From Haliangiales bacterium (GTDB lineage: Bacteria; Myxococcota_A; Polyangia; Haliangiales; SHYZ01), in assembly GCA_046595695.1 (NCBI GenBank), contig JBKJOI010000659.1, positions 1 through 55,818 of the forward strand: 55,818 nucleotides of DNA, read 5' to 3'. The notes under the pieces are model-generated. The model was given only the letters and a program-made list of their open reading frames with translations, was not told where the DNA came from and made no database searches. This document shows, piece by piece, positions 26,117-35,578 of the stretch (within the stretch, counting starts at the first letter, position 1; each line of letters starts with the position of its first letter). A program made the translations under genes and the position numbers.

Positions 26117-27730
26117 CTACCAGGCGGTCATGGCGCGCCCGGTGTTCCTCTTGCCGAGGAAGACGGCGTGCACGGTCAAGAGGATGAAGGTCATCAGACC
26201 CAGGAACGCGACCACCGAGCCCAGGCCCATGACGCCGAGCATGAGGTGCGCCCCCGAATCGAAGCCGGCGGCCACGGGCGCGCCGGTGAACTGCACGTCC
26301 CAGTGCCGCCGCGGCACCCCGTAACTGCCGGCGAGCGACATGCCCATCGCCATGAGCGTGATGCCGAAGCCGAACAGGTACGGCTGCAGGCGTGCCAGCC
26401 AGCGTGCGCTGTACTCGCGGCGGAAGATGAGCGGCACCACGTAGTACGCGAGGCCCATGAACGCCAGCGACGTGCCACCGACCACGGTCACGTGGAAGTG
26501 ACCAGGGATGCGCAGCGTGTTGTGCGCCATGATGTTGATCTGCTCGGTACCGAGCGTGACCCCGGTGATGCCGCCCAGGAAGCCGAAGATCACCAGCGAC
26601 AGGAACATCGCCGAGAAGCCCGGGTTCTTCCACGGCGCCTTGACCAGCCAGCCGAACAGCCCCTTGGTGTAGCCCTTCTTGCGCTGCGCAACCTCGATCG
26701 ACGCCGGCACGGTGAAGCCATGGATCATCGAGGCCAGGACGGCGAGGTACATCGCGTACGAGGTGTTCCAGATCTTCCAGCCGGCGTTCACGCCCGGGTC
26801 GACGAGCAGGTGGTGCGCCGACGCGAGGTTGATGAAAAGGATGTAGAGCACGAACGCACCGCGGCAGACCGCCTGGTTGAGCGGCTTGGCGCCCACGGTG
26901 AGCGCGCCGAGGAGGTACCAGCACGAGACCATCGCGCAGACGTTGACCTGCTGCGACTGGTGGCCGAGGCCCCACCAGATCAGCCGGTACCAGCCGGGAT
27001 CGAGCGGCCCGATCCAGCCGAGCGAGGACAAGAGGGTCGGGATCATCACGATCGCGCCGTGCAGCAGCGTGACCACCGCGATGATCGCGGCGGCGGTCGC
27101 GCCGAACACCACCAGCGGCACCGAGCCCACGTAGGTCTTGTCGCGCTTGGCGATGTAGAGCGTGGCGAAGAAGATGCCGACGCCGGTGAGCGTGCCGACC
27201 GCGACCAGGATGATGCCCAGGTAGAAGACCGGGTGCGCCATGAGCGGGATGTACGACGTCATGAGCACGTCGGCTTTGCCCGCCAGGACGATGTAGTCGA
27301 CCATGAGCGCACCGGTCAGCATGGTCCCGAACGCGACCCAGGCGAGCCGCGGCGCCGCCAGCCGCGAGTTCAGCAGTGTGGTGCAAGCGAAGTACAGGAT
27401 CGCCACCTCCATGAACAGGATCCAGAAGATCAGCATGTTGAGGCCGTGCAGCGTCAGGATCCGGTAGTAGTAGGTCGCCGACAGCAGGTGCACCGACGGC
27501 CAGCGGGTCAGGCCGAGCAGGATGGCGGCGATGCCGCCGACGAGCAGGAAGACCACCGCGAAGACCGCGTTGGTGCGGATGAGCTTCTCGGCGTCGAGGC
27601 AGACCGGCAGCGCGGTGGTGTCGCAGGTGCGCACCTTGCCGCCGTGGTTGCCCTTCGGCGCCGCGGCGGCGACCGCCGCTTCGGTCGCCGGGATGCCCGC
27701 CGCGGGCAGACCTGCGGTGATGTTGGCCAT
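26117..27730 (-). CDS. Heme-copper oxidoreductase subunit I, eNOR-like nitric oxide reductase
   Basis: TLHG, WWGLGHQSQQVN (Gln at the HPxxY Tyr position), SAHHL, GHFH; all six His present. Confidence 0.85.
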   Translation of the reverse strand: MANITAGLPAAGIPATEAAVAAAAPKGNHGGKVRTCDTTALPVCLDAEKLIRTNAVFAVVFLLVGGIAAILLGLTRWPSVHLLSATYYYRILTLHGLNMLIFWILFMEVAILYFACTTLLNSRLAAPRLAWVAFGTMLTGALMVDYIVLAGKADVLMTSYIPLMAHPVFYLGIILVAVGTLTGVGIFFATLYIAKRDKTYVGSVPLVVFGATAAAIIAVVTLLHGAIVMIPTLLSSLGWIGPLDPGWYRLIWWGLGHQSQQVNVCAMVSCWYLLGALTVGAKPLNQAVCRGAFVLYILFINLASAHHLLVDPGVNAGWKIWNTSYAMYLAVLASMIHGFTVPASIEVAQRKKGYTKGLFGWLVKAPWKNPGFSAMFLSLVIFGFLGGITGVTLGTEQINIMAHNTLRIPGHFHVTVVGGTSLAFMGLAYYVVPLIFRREYSARWLARLQPYLFGFGITLMAMGMSLAGSYGVPRRHWDVQFTGAPVAAGFDSGAHLMLGVMGLGSVVAFLGLMTFILLTVHAVFLGKRNTGRAMTAW

Positions 27731-27740
27731 GGCGTTCTCC

Positions 27741-28265
27741 TCACTCCACGATGATCTTGCCGGTCATCGTGTGGTGCCCGATGCCGCAGAACTCGTTGCA
27801 GATCACGCTGAACGTGCCCGTCGACGTGGGCGTGATCGTGATGACGTGGTCGTAGCCGGGCAGGATCTGGAAGTTCATGTTGAGCGGCTGCAGCGAGAAG
27901 CCGTGCTGCAGATCCGTCGAGGAGATATGCAGCCGGTAGGTCTGGTCCTTCTTGAGCTTGAGGATCGGGTACCAGCGCCACATGGACGCGACCAGGTAGG
28001 CGTCCGAGCCCGGCGCCGGCTCGACGATGGGCGTGTAGTTCTCCTCGCCGACCTTGTTGGCGGCGATGAAGCGCATGGTCCGCTCGACGAACGCCGCCGG
28101 CGTGACCGAGTAGGCCTCGCCGGTCGAGTTCTGCTTGCCGCGAAAGTGCCAGTACGGCATCGCGATGGCCATGACCAGGCACCAGGCCAGCGCCAGACCG
28201 ATCCACAGGCGCTCGGCGCCGGTGGGCGGCTGGAACCAGTCGCGCGGCGGCGGATGGATACTCAT
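27741..28265 (-). CDS. CuA-containing subunit II
   Basis: DLQHGF..CNEFCGIGHHTM; one N-terminal TM. Confidence 0.93.
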   Translation of the reverse strand: MSIHPPPRDWFQPPTGAERLWIGLALAWCLVMAIAMPYWHFRGKQNSTGEAYSVTPAAFVERTMRFIAANKVGEENYTPIVEPAPGSDAYLVASMWRWYPILKLKKDQTYRLHISSTDLQHGFSLQPLNMNFQILPGYDHVITITPTSTGTFSVICNEFCGIGHHTMTGKIIVE

Positions 28266-28284
28266 CGGTGGCCTCCCGTCTCGC

Positions 28285-28431
28285 TCACGGCAGCTGCGCC
28301 GGCGCCAGGGTGGTCAGCTCCCACCAGCCCCACGCGGTGTAGGAGAGGAAGGGAATGAGCACGCCCAGGGCCAGCAGCAGCCACGGGTTGTCCATCAGCC
28401 GTTGGAACGGATGTTTTCGCTCGTCGTCCAT
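28285..28431 (-). CDS. Small single-TM protein of the oxidase operon, 48 aa
   Basis: MDDERKHPFQRLMDNPWLLLALGVLIPFLSYTAWGWWELTTLAPAQLP; AAGGAG RBS. Confidence 0.8.
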   Translation of the reverse strand: MDDERKHPFQRLMDNPWLLLALGVLIPFLSYTAWGWWELTTLAPAQLP

Positions 28432-29798
28432 GCGCTGACTCCTTGTGCGTGACGGGCGCGGCTCCGCCAGGCGGCGCCGCAGATCCAGAGGAAGAGCAAC
28501 CCGCCGGTCACGGCCACGAGCCCGCCGGCGCCCATGATGCCCAGACCGAGCGTCTCGTCCGCGGTGCGGGCCGCCTGCTCGACGCCGTACTGCTTGCGGC
28601 CCATGCCGTGCGCGCCAGCGAGCGTGAAGCCGAGCGCGAAGATCGCCTGGCCGGCGCCGAACACGAGCGGCTGCCAGCGCGACCAGCGCCGGTGGCGGTC
28701 GCTGGCGAGTGGCAGGCCGACCGCGGCGAGCAACGGATAGCACACGCCCATGTAGGCGACGGTGACCGCGCCGATCGAGGCGTGGTAGTGCCCGGGCACC
28801 ACCGTGTTCGAGCCGTGGATGAACGCGCCGACGACGAAGCCGGTGACGGTGAGCCCGGCGCTGGCGAGGAAGACCAGCACCTCGGGCTCGCGCCAGAGAC
28901 CCGGGCGGGTCGCGCGCGCCCGCCACAGCGCGCGCGCGCAGACGACCAGGAACACCAGGACGACCGGGAAGATGCCGAGCTGCATCAGCCGCGTGAAGCC
29001 GACGCGCGCACCCACGCCGGCGAGCGGCGGCGCGAGCAGCGTCGGCGCCGCCAGCAGCGTGAACAGGATCGCAGCGGCGCGGCGCGACAGCGGCGCGCGA
29101 CCGAGCACGCGCGCAAGCAGGATGAGCCAGACCGAGAGCATGCCGGCGACCGACGCGAACTGCAGCACGTGGCCGCCGCCCCACGCGATCGACTCGAGCC
29201 GCGCAGGCGCCGGCAGGCCGGCGGCCGTCGCCGCCAGCGATGCCGCGAACGTGGTGAGCGCGATGAGCACGAGCGCCGCGGCGGTGCGCAGGCCGGCGCG
29301 CGCCGCGGGTGGGATGGCGAGCACGCCCTCGGCCGCGGCGTCCTCGTGTCCAGGCAGCAGCCGTCGGTCGGTGAACGCGAGCAGCAGCGCGAGCGCAAGC
29401 ACGAGCAGGCCGGTGTGGAACGGCGCCGTGTCGATGGCGGGCACGTAGTTGGCGAGCACCGGCAGCGCATCGGGCACGCCGGCGCCGACGAGCAGCAGCA
29501 CGACGCCCAGGATGGCCACGCGCGGCGCTTGCGCGGCGGCCAGGCGGGTGGGCGTGCGCCGCGGGATCAAGTAGAAGAGCGCCGCGAGCAGCGCATAGAA
29601 CCAGACGATCAGCGACAGGTCGACGTGGACGACCAGGCAGCGCTTGAAGAAGCCCGGGTCGGTGACCAGGCGATCGAGCGGCGGCGTCCGGGCGACGACG
29701 ATCAAGATCGACAGCGCGCCCGCCAGCACCAGGCTGCCGATGGCGACGCCCAGCCAGCGGCGCACGATCATCGCGTCTCGAGGCGGGCTCGGCGGCAT
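28395..29798 (-). CDS. Degenerate COX1-fold membrane protein lacking the CuB His-His pair
   Basis: About 12 TM; VVHVD, WGGGHVLQF, PGHYH, GMGRK; no HH. Confidence 0.8.
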   Translation of the reverse strand: MPPSPPRDAMIVRRWLGVAIGSLVLAGALSILIVVARTPPLDRLVTDPGFFKRCLVVHVDLSLIVWFYALLAALFYLIPRRTPTRLAAAQAPRVAILGVVLLLVGAGVPDALPVLANYVPAIDTAPFHTGLLVLALALLLAFTDRRLLPGHEDAAAEGVLAIPPAARAGLRTAAALVLIALTTFAASLAATAAGLPAPARLESIAWGGGHVLQFASVAGMLSVWLILLARVLGRAPLSRRAAAILFTLLAAPTLLAPPLAGVGARVGFTRLMQLGIFPVVLVFLVVCARALWRARATRPGLWREPEVLVFLASAGLTVTGFVVGAFIHGSNTVVPGHYHASIGAVTVAYMGVCYPLLAAVGLPLASDRHRRWSRWQPLVFGAGQAIFALGFTLAGAHGMGRKQYGVEQAARTADETLGLGIMGAGGLVAVTGGLLFLWICGAAWRSRARHAQGVSAWTTSENIRSNG

Positions 29799-29811
29799 GC
29801 CGGACGACAAG

Positions 29812-29862
29812 AGCAACGAGCGTGCCTGCGCGCCGCCAACGCGGCCTGGTGCGCTCCTTGCT
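29812..29862. promoter_or_regulatory. Back-to-back sigma54 promoters (oxidase operon / heme O synthase)
   Basis: AGGCAC-GCTCG-TTGCT on - (29812-29827, 13 nt to ATG 29798); TGGTGC-GCTCC-TTGCT on + (29847-29862, 12 nt to ATG 29875). Confidence 0.75.
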
Positions 29863-29874
29863 CACACCCGGCAG

Positions 29875-30729
29875 ATGCCCTCGTTCGCCGCGGACCTGCT
29901 CAGCCTCACGAAGCCGCGCGTCACCGCGCTGGTAGTGGCGACCGCGGCGGCGGGTCTCGCGCTCGCGCCGCAGGCGGTACCCGCCGCGACCACCGCGCTC
30001 GTGCTCACAGGCGTGGCGCTCATGGTCGGTGCCGCCAACACGCTCAACTGCTGGATGGAGCGCGACTCCGACCGGCTCATGACGCGCACGTGCGCGCGCC
30101 CGTTGCCCGCGAGGCGGCTCGCGCCGGGTACCGCGCTCGCCACCGGCGCCGCGCTCATGCTGGGCTCGCTCGCGCTCCTCGGGCAAACGACCAACCCGAC
30201 GACGACGCTGCTCACACTGCTGGCGCTGGTGATCTACGTCGGCGCCTACACGCCGCTCAAGCGCCGGAGCCCGGCCGCGCTGCTCGTGGGCGCAGTGCCA
30301 GGTGCGCTGCCGCCGCTCATCGGCTGGACCGCCGCGACCGGGCGTGTCTCCGCCGGTGGATTGGCCCTGTTCGGCCTGCTGTTCGTGTGGCAGCTGCCGC
30401 ACTTCCTCGCCATCGCGCTGCGCCACCAGGAGGAGTACGCGCGCGCGGGGTTGCGCGTGCTCCCGGTCGTCCACGGCGCCCGGCGCGCGCGGCGGAGCGC
30501 GGCGCTGTGGGCGCTTGCGCTGCTGCCTGCCTCGCTGGCACCGGCGCTGGTGGTCCCGGTTGGGACCGGCTACGTCGTGACCGCCGCCGGGCTGGGCGCG
30601 GCGTTCGCGGCGCTCGCCCTGGCGGGCCTGCGCCGCGAGGTCGGCCCACGCTGGGCCGGACGGCTGTTCGTGGCCTCGATTGCCCACCTCACCCTGCTGT
30701 CCCTGGCGGTGTTCCTCGCGAGCCGTTGA
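29875..30729 (+). CDS. cyoE: Protoheme IX farnesyltransferase (heme O synthase)
   Basis: LTKPRV, NCWMERDSDRLMTRT..RPLP, YTPLKR, GALPPLIGW, WQLPHF. Confidence 0.95.
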   Translation: MPSFAADLLSLTKPRVTALVVATAAAGLALAPQAVPAATTALVLTGVALMVGAANTLNCWMERDSDRLMTRTCARPLPARRLAPGTALATGAALMLGSLALLGQTTNPTTTLLTLLALVIYVGAYTPLKRRSPAALLVGAVPGALPPLIGWTAATGRVSAGGLALFGLLFVWQLPHFLAIALRHQEEYARAGLRVLPVVHGARRARRSAALWALALLPASLAPALVVPVGTGYVVTAAGLGAAFAALALAGLRREVGPRWAGRLFVASIAHLTLLSLAVFLASR

Positions 30730-30904
30730 TCCGCTGATCCGGCTTTCGCGAAGACCTTGCGGAGCGGCGGTCGTGTCCGGCAATCCCTGCGGGCTGCCCC
30801 GCGAACTTGATCAGGATCCAGTTTCCACGCGAGCACGGCCGATTCCATGGGTTGTAGCCGCTCGAGGCCGCGCCGCCGCGCGCATGGAGGCATACCCTGC
30901 CCGC

Positions 30905-30920
30905 TGGAACGCTCCTTGCT
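30905..30920 (+). promoter_or_regulatory. sigma54 promoter
   Basis: TGGAAC-GCTCC-TTGCT, 12 nt before ATG 30933. Confidence 0.75.
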
Positions 30921-30932
30921 TCGTTCGAGCTC

Positions 30933-31328
30933 ATGTCCGAAGGCGAAAAGATTGCGGCGCGCCCCCTCATCTACTCCTGCTCGGGCTGCTCGAGCGCGGC
31001 GCAGATGACCAACTACCTGGCGCTGCAGCTGCACCGGCGCGGCCTGGCGGAGATGTCCTGTATCGCGGGCGTGGGCGGCGATGTGCCCGCGCTGGTGCGC
31101 ACCGCACGCCAGGGCCGGCCGATCATCGCGCTCGACGGCTGCCCGCTACACTGCGTGCTCGCCTGCCTCGGCCGTCAGGGCATCCGCCCCGAGCGGCACT
31201 ACACGCTCACCGAGCTGGGTGTGCGCAAGCGACCGCGCGACGACTTCGATCTCGCCGAGGCCGAGGCCCTGCTCCCCCGCCTGGAGGCCGACGTCGAGGA
31301 GCTGCTGGCCTGCAGCTCGCGCCACTGA
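30933..31328 (+). CDS. DGC-domain putative zinc-binding protein
   Basis: YSCSGCS, MSCIAGVGG, LDGCPLHC. Confidence 0.9.
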   Translation: MSEGEKIAARPLIYSCSGCSSAAQMTNYLALQLHRRGLAEMSCIAGVGGDVPALVRTARQGRPIIALDGCPLHCVLACLGRQGIRPERHYTLTELGVRKRPRDDFDLAEAEALLPRLEADVEELLACSSRH

Positions 31329-31344
31329 GCTCCCCGGAGCCGGT

Positions 31345-31360
31345 CGGCACGCCGTGTGCT
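31345..31360 (+). promoter_or_regulatory. sigma54 promoter
   Basis: CGGCAC-GCCGT-GTGCT, 27 nt before ATG 31388, which has an RBS. Confidence 0.55.
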
Positions 31361-31387
31361 TCGCTGGCGAGCCGAAAGGGAGACACG

Positions 31388-31825
31388 ATGAGATCTTCGA
31401 CGGTTCGACTGCTTCTGGCCTTCTGCTCCACTACCTGGCTCGGCCTCGCCTGCTCCAACAACGGTGGCGACGGCGGCGGTGGTACCTCGGGTATCCCTCC
31501 GCTGGCTTCGGCGACCGCAAGCGGCAGCGTGGCCGCGAATCCCGCGGCGCAGGCCAAGGAGATCTTCGCGCTGCGCTGCACCCCTTGCCATGGCCCTGAG
31601 GGCCGCGGCGATGGCGCCGCTTCCGCGTCGCTCACGCCCAAGCCGCGCAACTTCCACGATCCCGAGTGGCAGAAGCAGTCCAGCGACGAGCACCTCGCGA
31701 AGATCATCCAGTACGGCGGCGCGGCCGTCGGCAAGAGCGCGGCGATGCCGGCCAACCCCGATCTCGGTGACAAGCCCGAGGTGGTGGCCGCGCTCAGGGA
31801 CCATATCCGCGCCATGGGCCGCTGA
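31388..31825 (+). CDS. Monoheme class I cytochrome c lipoprotein
   Basis: GLAC lipobox; CTPCHGPEGRGDG..PRNF..AAMP (His/Met). Confidence 0.9.
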   Translation: MRSSTVRLLLAFCSTTWLGLACSNNGGDGGGGTSGIPPLASATASGSVAANPAAQAKEIFALRCTPCHGPEGRGDGAASASLTPKPRNFHDPEWQKQSSDEHLAKIIQYGGAAVGKSAAMPANPDLGDKPEVVAALRDHIRAMGR

Positions 31826-31829
31826 GCCG

Positions 31830-32150
31830 CCGCGACAGCAGCACGAGCACGAGCCCCCCGCACCCAAGTAGGTCGCGAATGCCCAGCCGGCGGCCGCCTC
31901 CGTTCCAGCCATGATCGCGTGTGCCAGCGCGAGCCCAAACGCCACGAACGACCCATGGTGTAACCGACGCCACCAGCGGGCGCCGAGCCGCGCGCGCAAC
32001 GCGAAGGTGACGTGCACGCCCAGTGCGACGTCGGCGCCCAGCACCCCGAGCGCCACGGTGGCGGGCCGGTACGGCGCGGTGAACGGTACGAGCACGTCCA
32101 GGACGTCGAGGCGCACCGCCTGATCGGCGAGCAGCCGGAGCGCGTGCATC
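31830..32150 (-). pseudogene. Fragment of a ferric-reductase-like (MsrQ-type) transmembrane protein
   Basis: VLVPFTAPYRP..ALGVLG..WWRRLHH..LALAHAIMAGT; no N-terminus and no stop of its own. Confidence 0.65.
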
Positions 32151-32352
32151 CCGACCCGACGAGCAGACCCCGAGGAGCGGCCTACGCATCGAGGCCGCCC
32201 GCGTCGTCGCCGTCGCCGTCGTCGGCGTCACGGCCGTCTTCGGCCTGCGCGACCTCGAGGTCGCCGATGACCTCTCGAGGTCACAGGCCCGGTCGACGAG
32301 CTAGCGACCACCGCGCCGCGCGGCCGCGCGCGCCCCGGCTCCGCCCTCCAGG

Positions 32353-32368
32353 TGGCATGGCACTGGCA
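32353..32368 (+). promoter_or_regulatory. sigma54 promoter
   Basis: TGGCAT-GGCAC-TGGCA, 12 nt before ATG 32381. Confidence 0.6.
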
Positions 32369-32380
32369 ATGATCACCGAA

Positions 32381-33052
32381 ATGGCCAATGCGCAGTGCAT
32401 CGTCAGTTGCGCCTCGTGTCCGGTCGGCGTGGCCGCGCAAGTCTCGCAAGGTGGCCGGTGTCCACTCGTGGATCGCAAGTGGAAGCGCGGCGCGGTCATT
32501 CATGTCGAGGGCGAGGCCGCCGAGCAGGTGAGGTTCCTCAAGCGCGGCACCGTGGTGCTGACGCGCGCCGGCGCTGGCGACGGCTCACCCGGGCGGGCGC
32601 GCGCGCTCCGCCAGGTCGGCCACTTCATCGGCCTCGAGGCCCTGGTGCGGAACACCTACCTGGACTCGGCGCGCGCGGTCTCGGACGCGGTCCTGTGCGG
32701 CGCGCCGCGGGCCTTCATGGACATCTGGCTGGGCGGGCACGGCTCGCCCCTGCGCATGGCCTTCGAGCAGGTGCTGCGCGCCGAGTGCGACGATCTGCCC
32801 ACCCCGAGTGCCCCCGACGGCCGCGCGGTGCAGCGGGTGGCGCGCTGGATCCTGAACGAGCGCAGCGAGCGCATCGAGACCCCGGTGCCGCGCCGGGTCA
32901 CCGCCGGCCTGCTCGGCATGGTGCCCGAGACCTTCTCGCGCGCGCTCGCCCGGCTGACCGCGCTCGGCGCCATCGACGTCACGCGCACCGCGGTGTCGGT
33001 GCGCGACGTGGCGGTGCTGCAGGCGGTGGACGGGGGCGAGCTCGGGGCGTGA
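32381..33052 (+). CDS. Crp/Fnr-family regulator, Cys-rich N-terminus
   Basis: CIVSCASCP..GRCPLVD; LCGA; AGLLGMVPETFSRAL. Confidence 0.88.
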   Translation: MANAQCIVSCASCPVGVAAQVSQGGRCPLVDRKWKRGAVIHVEGEAAEQVRFLKRGTVVLTRAGAGDGSPGRARALRQVGHFIGLEALVRNTYLDSARAVSDAVLCGAPRAFMDIWLGGHGSPLRMAFEQVLRAECDDLPTPSAPDGRAVQRVARWILNERSERIETPVPRRVTAGLLGMVPETFSRALARLTALGAIDVTRTAVSVRDVAVLQAVDGGELGA

Positions 33053-33095
33053 CGACGCGGCGCGCGCCGCGTGCCTGCGCGCGCCTCGCGCCGCG

Positions 33096-33674
33096 CTAGC
33101 CTGGAACGCGCGCCCCGACGCGCGCCGCGCCGTAGCGCGCCACGAGGTCGTCGCCGAGTGCCTCGAGATCGCAGGTCCAGACGCTGCGCCGGGTCTCGAG
33201 TATGGCGCCCGCCTCGTCGAGGGCCTCCACGGCCTCGGGCGACAGCAGGCGCGCCGCCATCGGGTAGAGCACCTGGTTCTCCTTGCCGATGTGCGGCACG
33301 AGCACGCGCGCGTGCCCCACGACGAGCTCGGCGAGCAGCGCGAGCTCGGTGGGGTTGAACGGGTCCTCGCCCTTGGCCAGCGCGCCCAGCGCCCGGACGT
33401 GACCGCGGCCGAGATCGTGCTCGCGAAGCATGCAACCGATAGGACCGGTGTCGCGCGGGAAGCCGCCCCGGACCATCACCTCGAAGAGCAGATCCTCTTC
33501 CTTGGCGTGGTGCCAGCCATCCACGTACTCGCGAAGGAATTGCACGAATCTGGCGAGCGTCGGGCGCGCCTCCGGATCTTCTTGCGCGTGCATCGCGGCG
33601 AAGTCGGTGAACGCCACCATGACGGCGAGGATCCGATCGTGTTCGGCGACCAGCACTTTCAGGAGCTTGCTCAT
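33096..33674 (-). CDS. Hemerythrin (HHE) domain protein
   Basis: EH..; HHAKEEDLLF; MLREH; HIGKENQVLYP. Confidence 0.92.
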   Translation of the reverse strand: MSKLLKVLVAEHDRILAVMVAFTDFAAMHAQEDPEARPTLARFVQFLREYVDGWHHAKEEDLLFEVMVRGGFPRDTGPIGCMLREHDLGRGHVRALGALAKGEDPFNPTELALLAELVVGHARVLVPHIGKENQVLYPMAARLLSPEAVEALDEAGAILETRRSVWTCDLEALGDDLVARYGAARVGARVPG

Positions 33675-33712
33675 CGTGGCCCTTTCTTGAAGTCACCTTG
33701 CGCACGCAACAA

Positions 33713-35515
33713 TCACGCCACCCGGGCCAGCGCCCGCGGCCACATCGCTGCCAGGCGCGCGCTCTCGCGCTCGACCGCCACCGCGAGCGACGCGAGGTTC
33801 TCGCCCGGATACGCCGGATCGCGCACCAGCTCGCGATAGTGCGCGAGGCCTTGCTCGAGGTTGGCCCGAAAGCTCGCCAGCCCCGCAACGCCCGCGGTAT
33901 CGCCCGCCGGCAGCGCGAGCAACCGGCGCTCGAGCTGGTCCACGTACATGACCAGCTCCGCGGCGAACAGGTGCGGCCGATCTGCCGGCACCAGCGACGC
34001 GCCGCGGCCGTACACATGATCGACCATCTCGCGCAGGCTGTACTCGCGGTCGAAGTGCGCGAGGTTCGGTCCAGGGCACACCGCCACCGGCAGGTCGGCC
34101 TTGCCGAGGCCGAGATCGATGAGCGCGCCGTTGCCGAGGTGGTGACAGATGCACGCCTTGGCGTAGACCTCGCGCACGTCGGCGGGCGCCTCGTCGAAGC
34201 GCGGCGGCTCGTCGACGCCCAGGGCGGTGAGCCGGGCGCGCATGTAGCGGGTCGACGCCGTGCAGATCGGCTCGCTGCCGAGCGTCGTGTTGGTGGCAAG
34301 GTAGCCGCGCGGGCAGCTCGAGCCGGGCTCGCCGTCCTCGATGCGTTGGTGCATCCAGCGCTCGGAGCTGGAGCCGCGGAGGTTGTTGAACGGCACGCCC
34401 AGCGGCGAGGCGTCGCTGACGTAGAGGTCGTCGGGGCCGGCGGCCGCGAGCCGCTGCCGGGTCGCAGGGTCGAGCGCGGTCGCCTCGGGCACGAGCAGGA
34501 ACGGGCTGGCCCAGCCGGTCGCATCGGCGCCGTAGCGCTCGCGCAGGCGCCGCGTCTCGCCGTGGGTGCCGATGCCACCCTGGACGGTGATGCGCATCGG
34601 CCGCGGCTCGCCCACGAAGCTCAGGCCGCGCCGCTCGTAGGCCAGGCGGATCGTCGGCGCCAGCGTCTCGTGCAGGTCGCGCGCGGCGCGGATCTCGTCG
34701 AGGATCGGCCCGAGCAGGTGGCCGTCGGTGGCGAAGGCGTGGCCGCCGCAGTTCAGCCCCGACTCGATGCGCAGCTCCTTGACCTCGAGGCCCTTCTTGG
34801 CGAGCAGGCGCGCCTGCACCGACGCCGACCTGAAGTCGGAGACCTTGAGGATGAGGCCCTTGCCGATGTGGCCGCTGGCGTCGCGGTAGAACGCGGGGAA
34901 GCGCTCGAGCAGCCCGAAGAGCGTGGGATTGAGCCCGGCCGACAGCACGAGATCCGCGTCGAAGCGCGACCCGGCGAAGCCGCGCAGCGCCGCCTTGGCG
35001 TCGGCGTGATCGGGGCCGAGCGGCTGCCCGTCGGGGCCGAGGCGCGCCCGGTCCACCTTCGTCATGATGTTCACGTCCGCGCTGCCGGGCACGATGGCCG
35101 CGGTGAGCGCGGCGGCGACGCTCTCGCGCTCGGCGCCCGCCGGCAGCGCGAGGAAGTCGAGGTAGGCGCGACGCAGCGGCGCGTCCTCGGGGAGGAGCTC
35201 GAAGTAGCGGGTCTTGTCGTTGCCAGGCGCAAACGGCAGGGCGCGCAGCACCTCGAGCTGCTCGATGAGGAGCTCGCCGACGAGATCCAGGTAGGCGGTG
35301 ATGCGCTGCGCGCGCGCGTCGGGGGCGGCGGCGCGGATCGGCTCGTAGCGCCGGCCGGTGCGCTGGCAGTGGTGCTGGCGGATGCGCTCGATGAGCGCGT
35401 CGTCGACCAGCGACATCACCGACGAGATGCCGAAGCGCGCGACGCGCAGCGGGGTGTCGATGGTGAAGCCGGTGCCCATGACGGGGATATGGAAGGTGTG
35501 GGGGCTGTAGCGCAT
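33713..35515 (-). CDS. Conserved hypothetical protein, probable FMN TIM-barrel oxidoreductase
   Basis: HTFHIPVMGTGF, IESGLNCGGHAF, VQGGIGT, GWASPF, KACIC, VCPGPN. Confidence 0.8.
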   Translation of the reverse strand: MRYSPHTFHIPVMGTGFTIDTPLRVARFGISSVMSLVDDALIERIRQHHCQRTGRRYEPIRAAAPDARAQRITAYLDLVGELLIEQLEVLRALPFAPGNDKTRYFELLPEDAPLRRAYLDFLALPAGAERESVAAALTAAIVPGSADVNIMTKVDRARLGPDGQPLGPDHADAKAALRGFAGSRFDADLVLSAGLNPTLFGLLERFPAFYRDASGHIGKGLILKVSDFRSASVQARLLAKKGLEVKELRIESGLNCGGHAFATDGHLLGPILDEIRAARDLHETLAPTIRLAYERRGLSFVGEPRPMRITVQGGIGTHGETRRLRERYGADATGWASPFLLVPEATALDPATRQRLAAAGPDDLYVSDASPLGVPFNNLRGSSSERWMHQRIEDGEPGSSCPRGYLATNTTLGSEPICTASTRYMRARLTALGVDEPPRFDEAPADVREVYAKACICHHLGNGALIDLGLGKADLPVAVCPGPNLAHFDREYSLREMVDHVYGRGASLVPADRPHLFAAELVMYVDQLERRLLALPAGDTAGVAGLASFRANLEQGLAHYRELVRDPAYPGENLASLAVAVERESARLAAMWPRALARVA

Positions 35516-35578
35516 GCGCGCAGTATCCGGGCGCCACCGTCAGCTTCACGCCACACGCCCGTCACAGATCGGTCGGTC

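Noticed and set aside
26117-29798. cbb3 or ba3 oxygen reductase call
   Set aside because: No active-site Tyr in the helix VI motif, CuA rather than CcoO/P subunits, and the second COX1-like gene lacks CuB ligands
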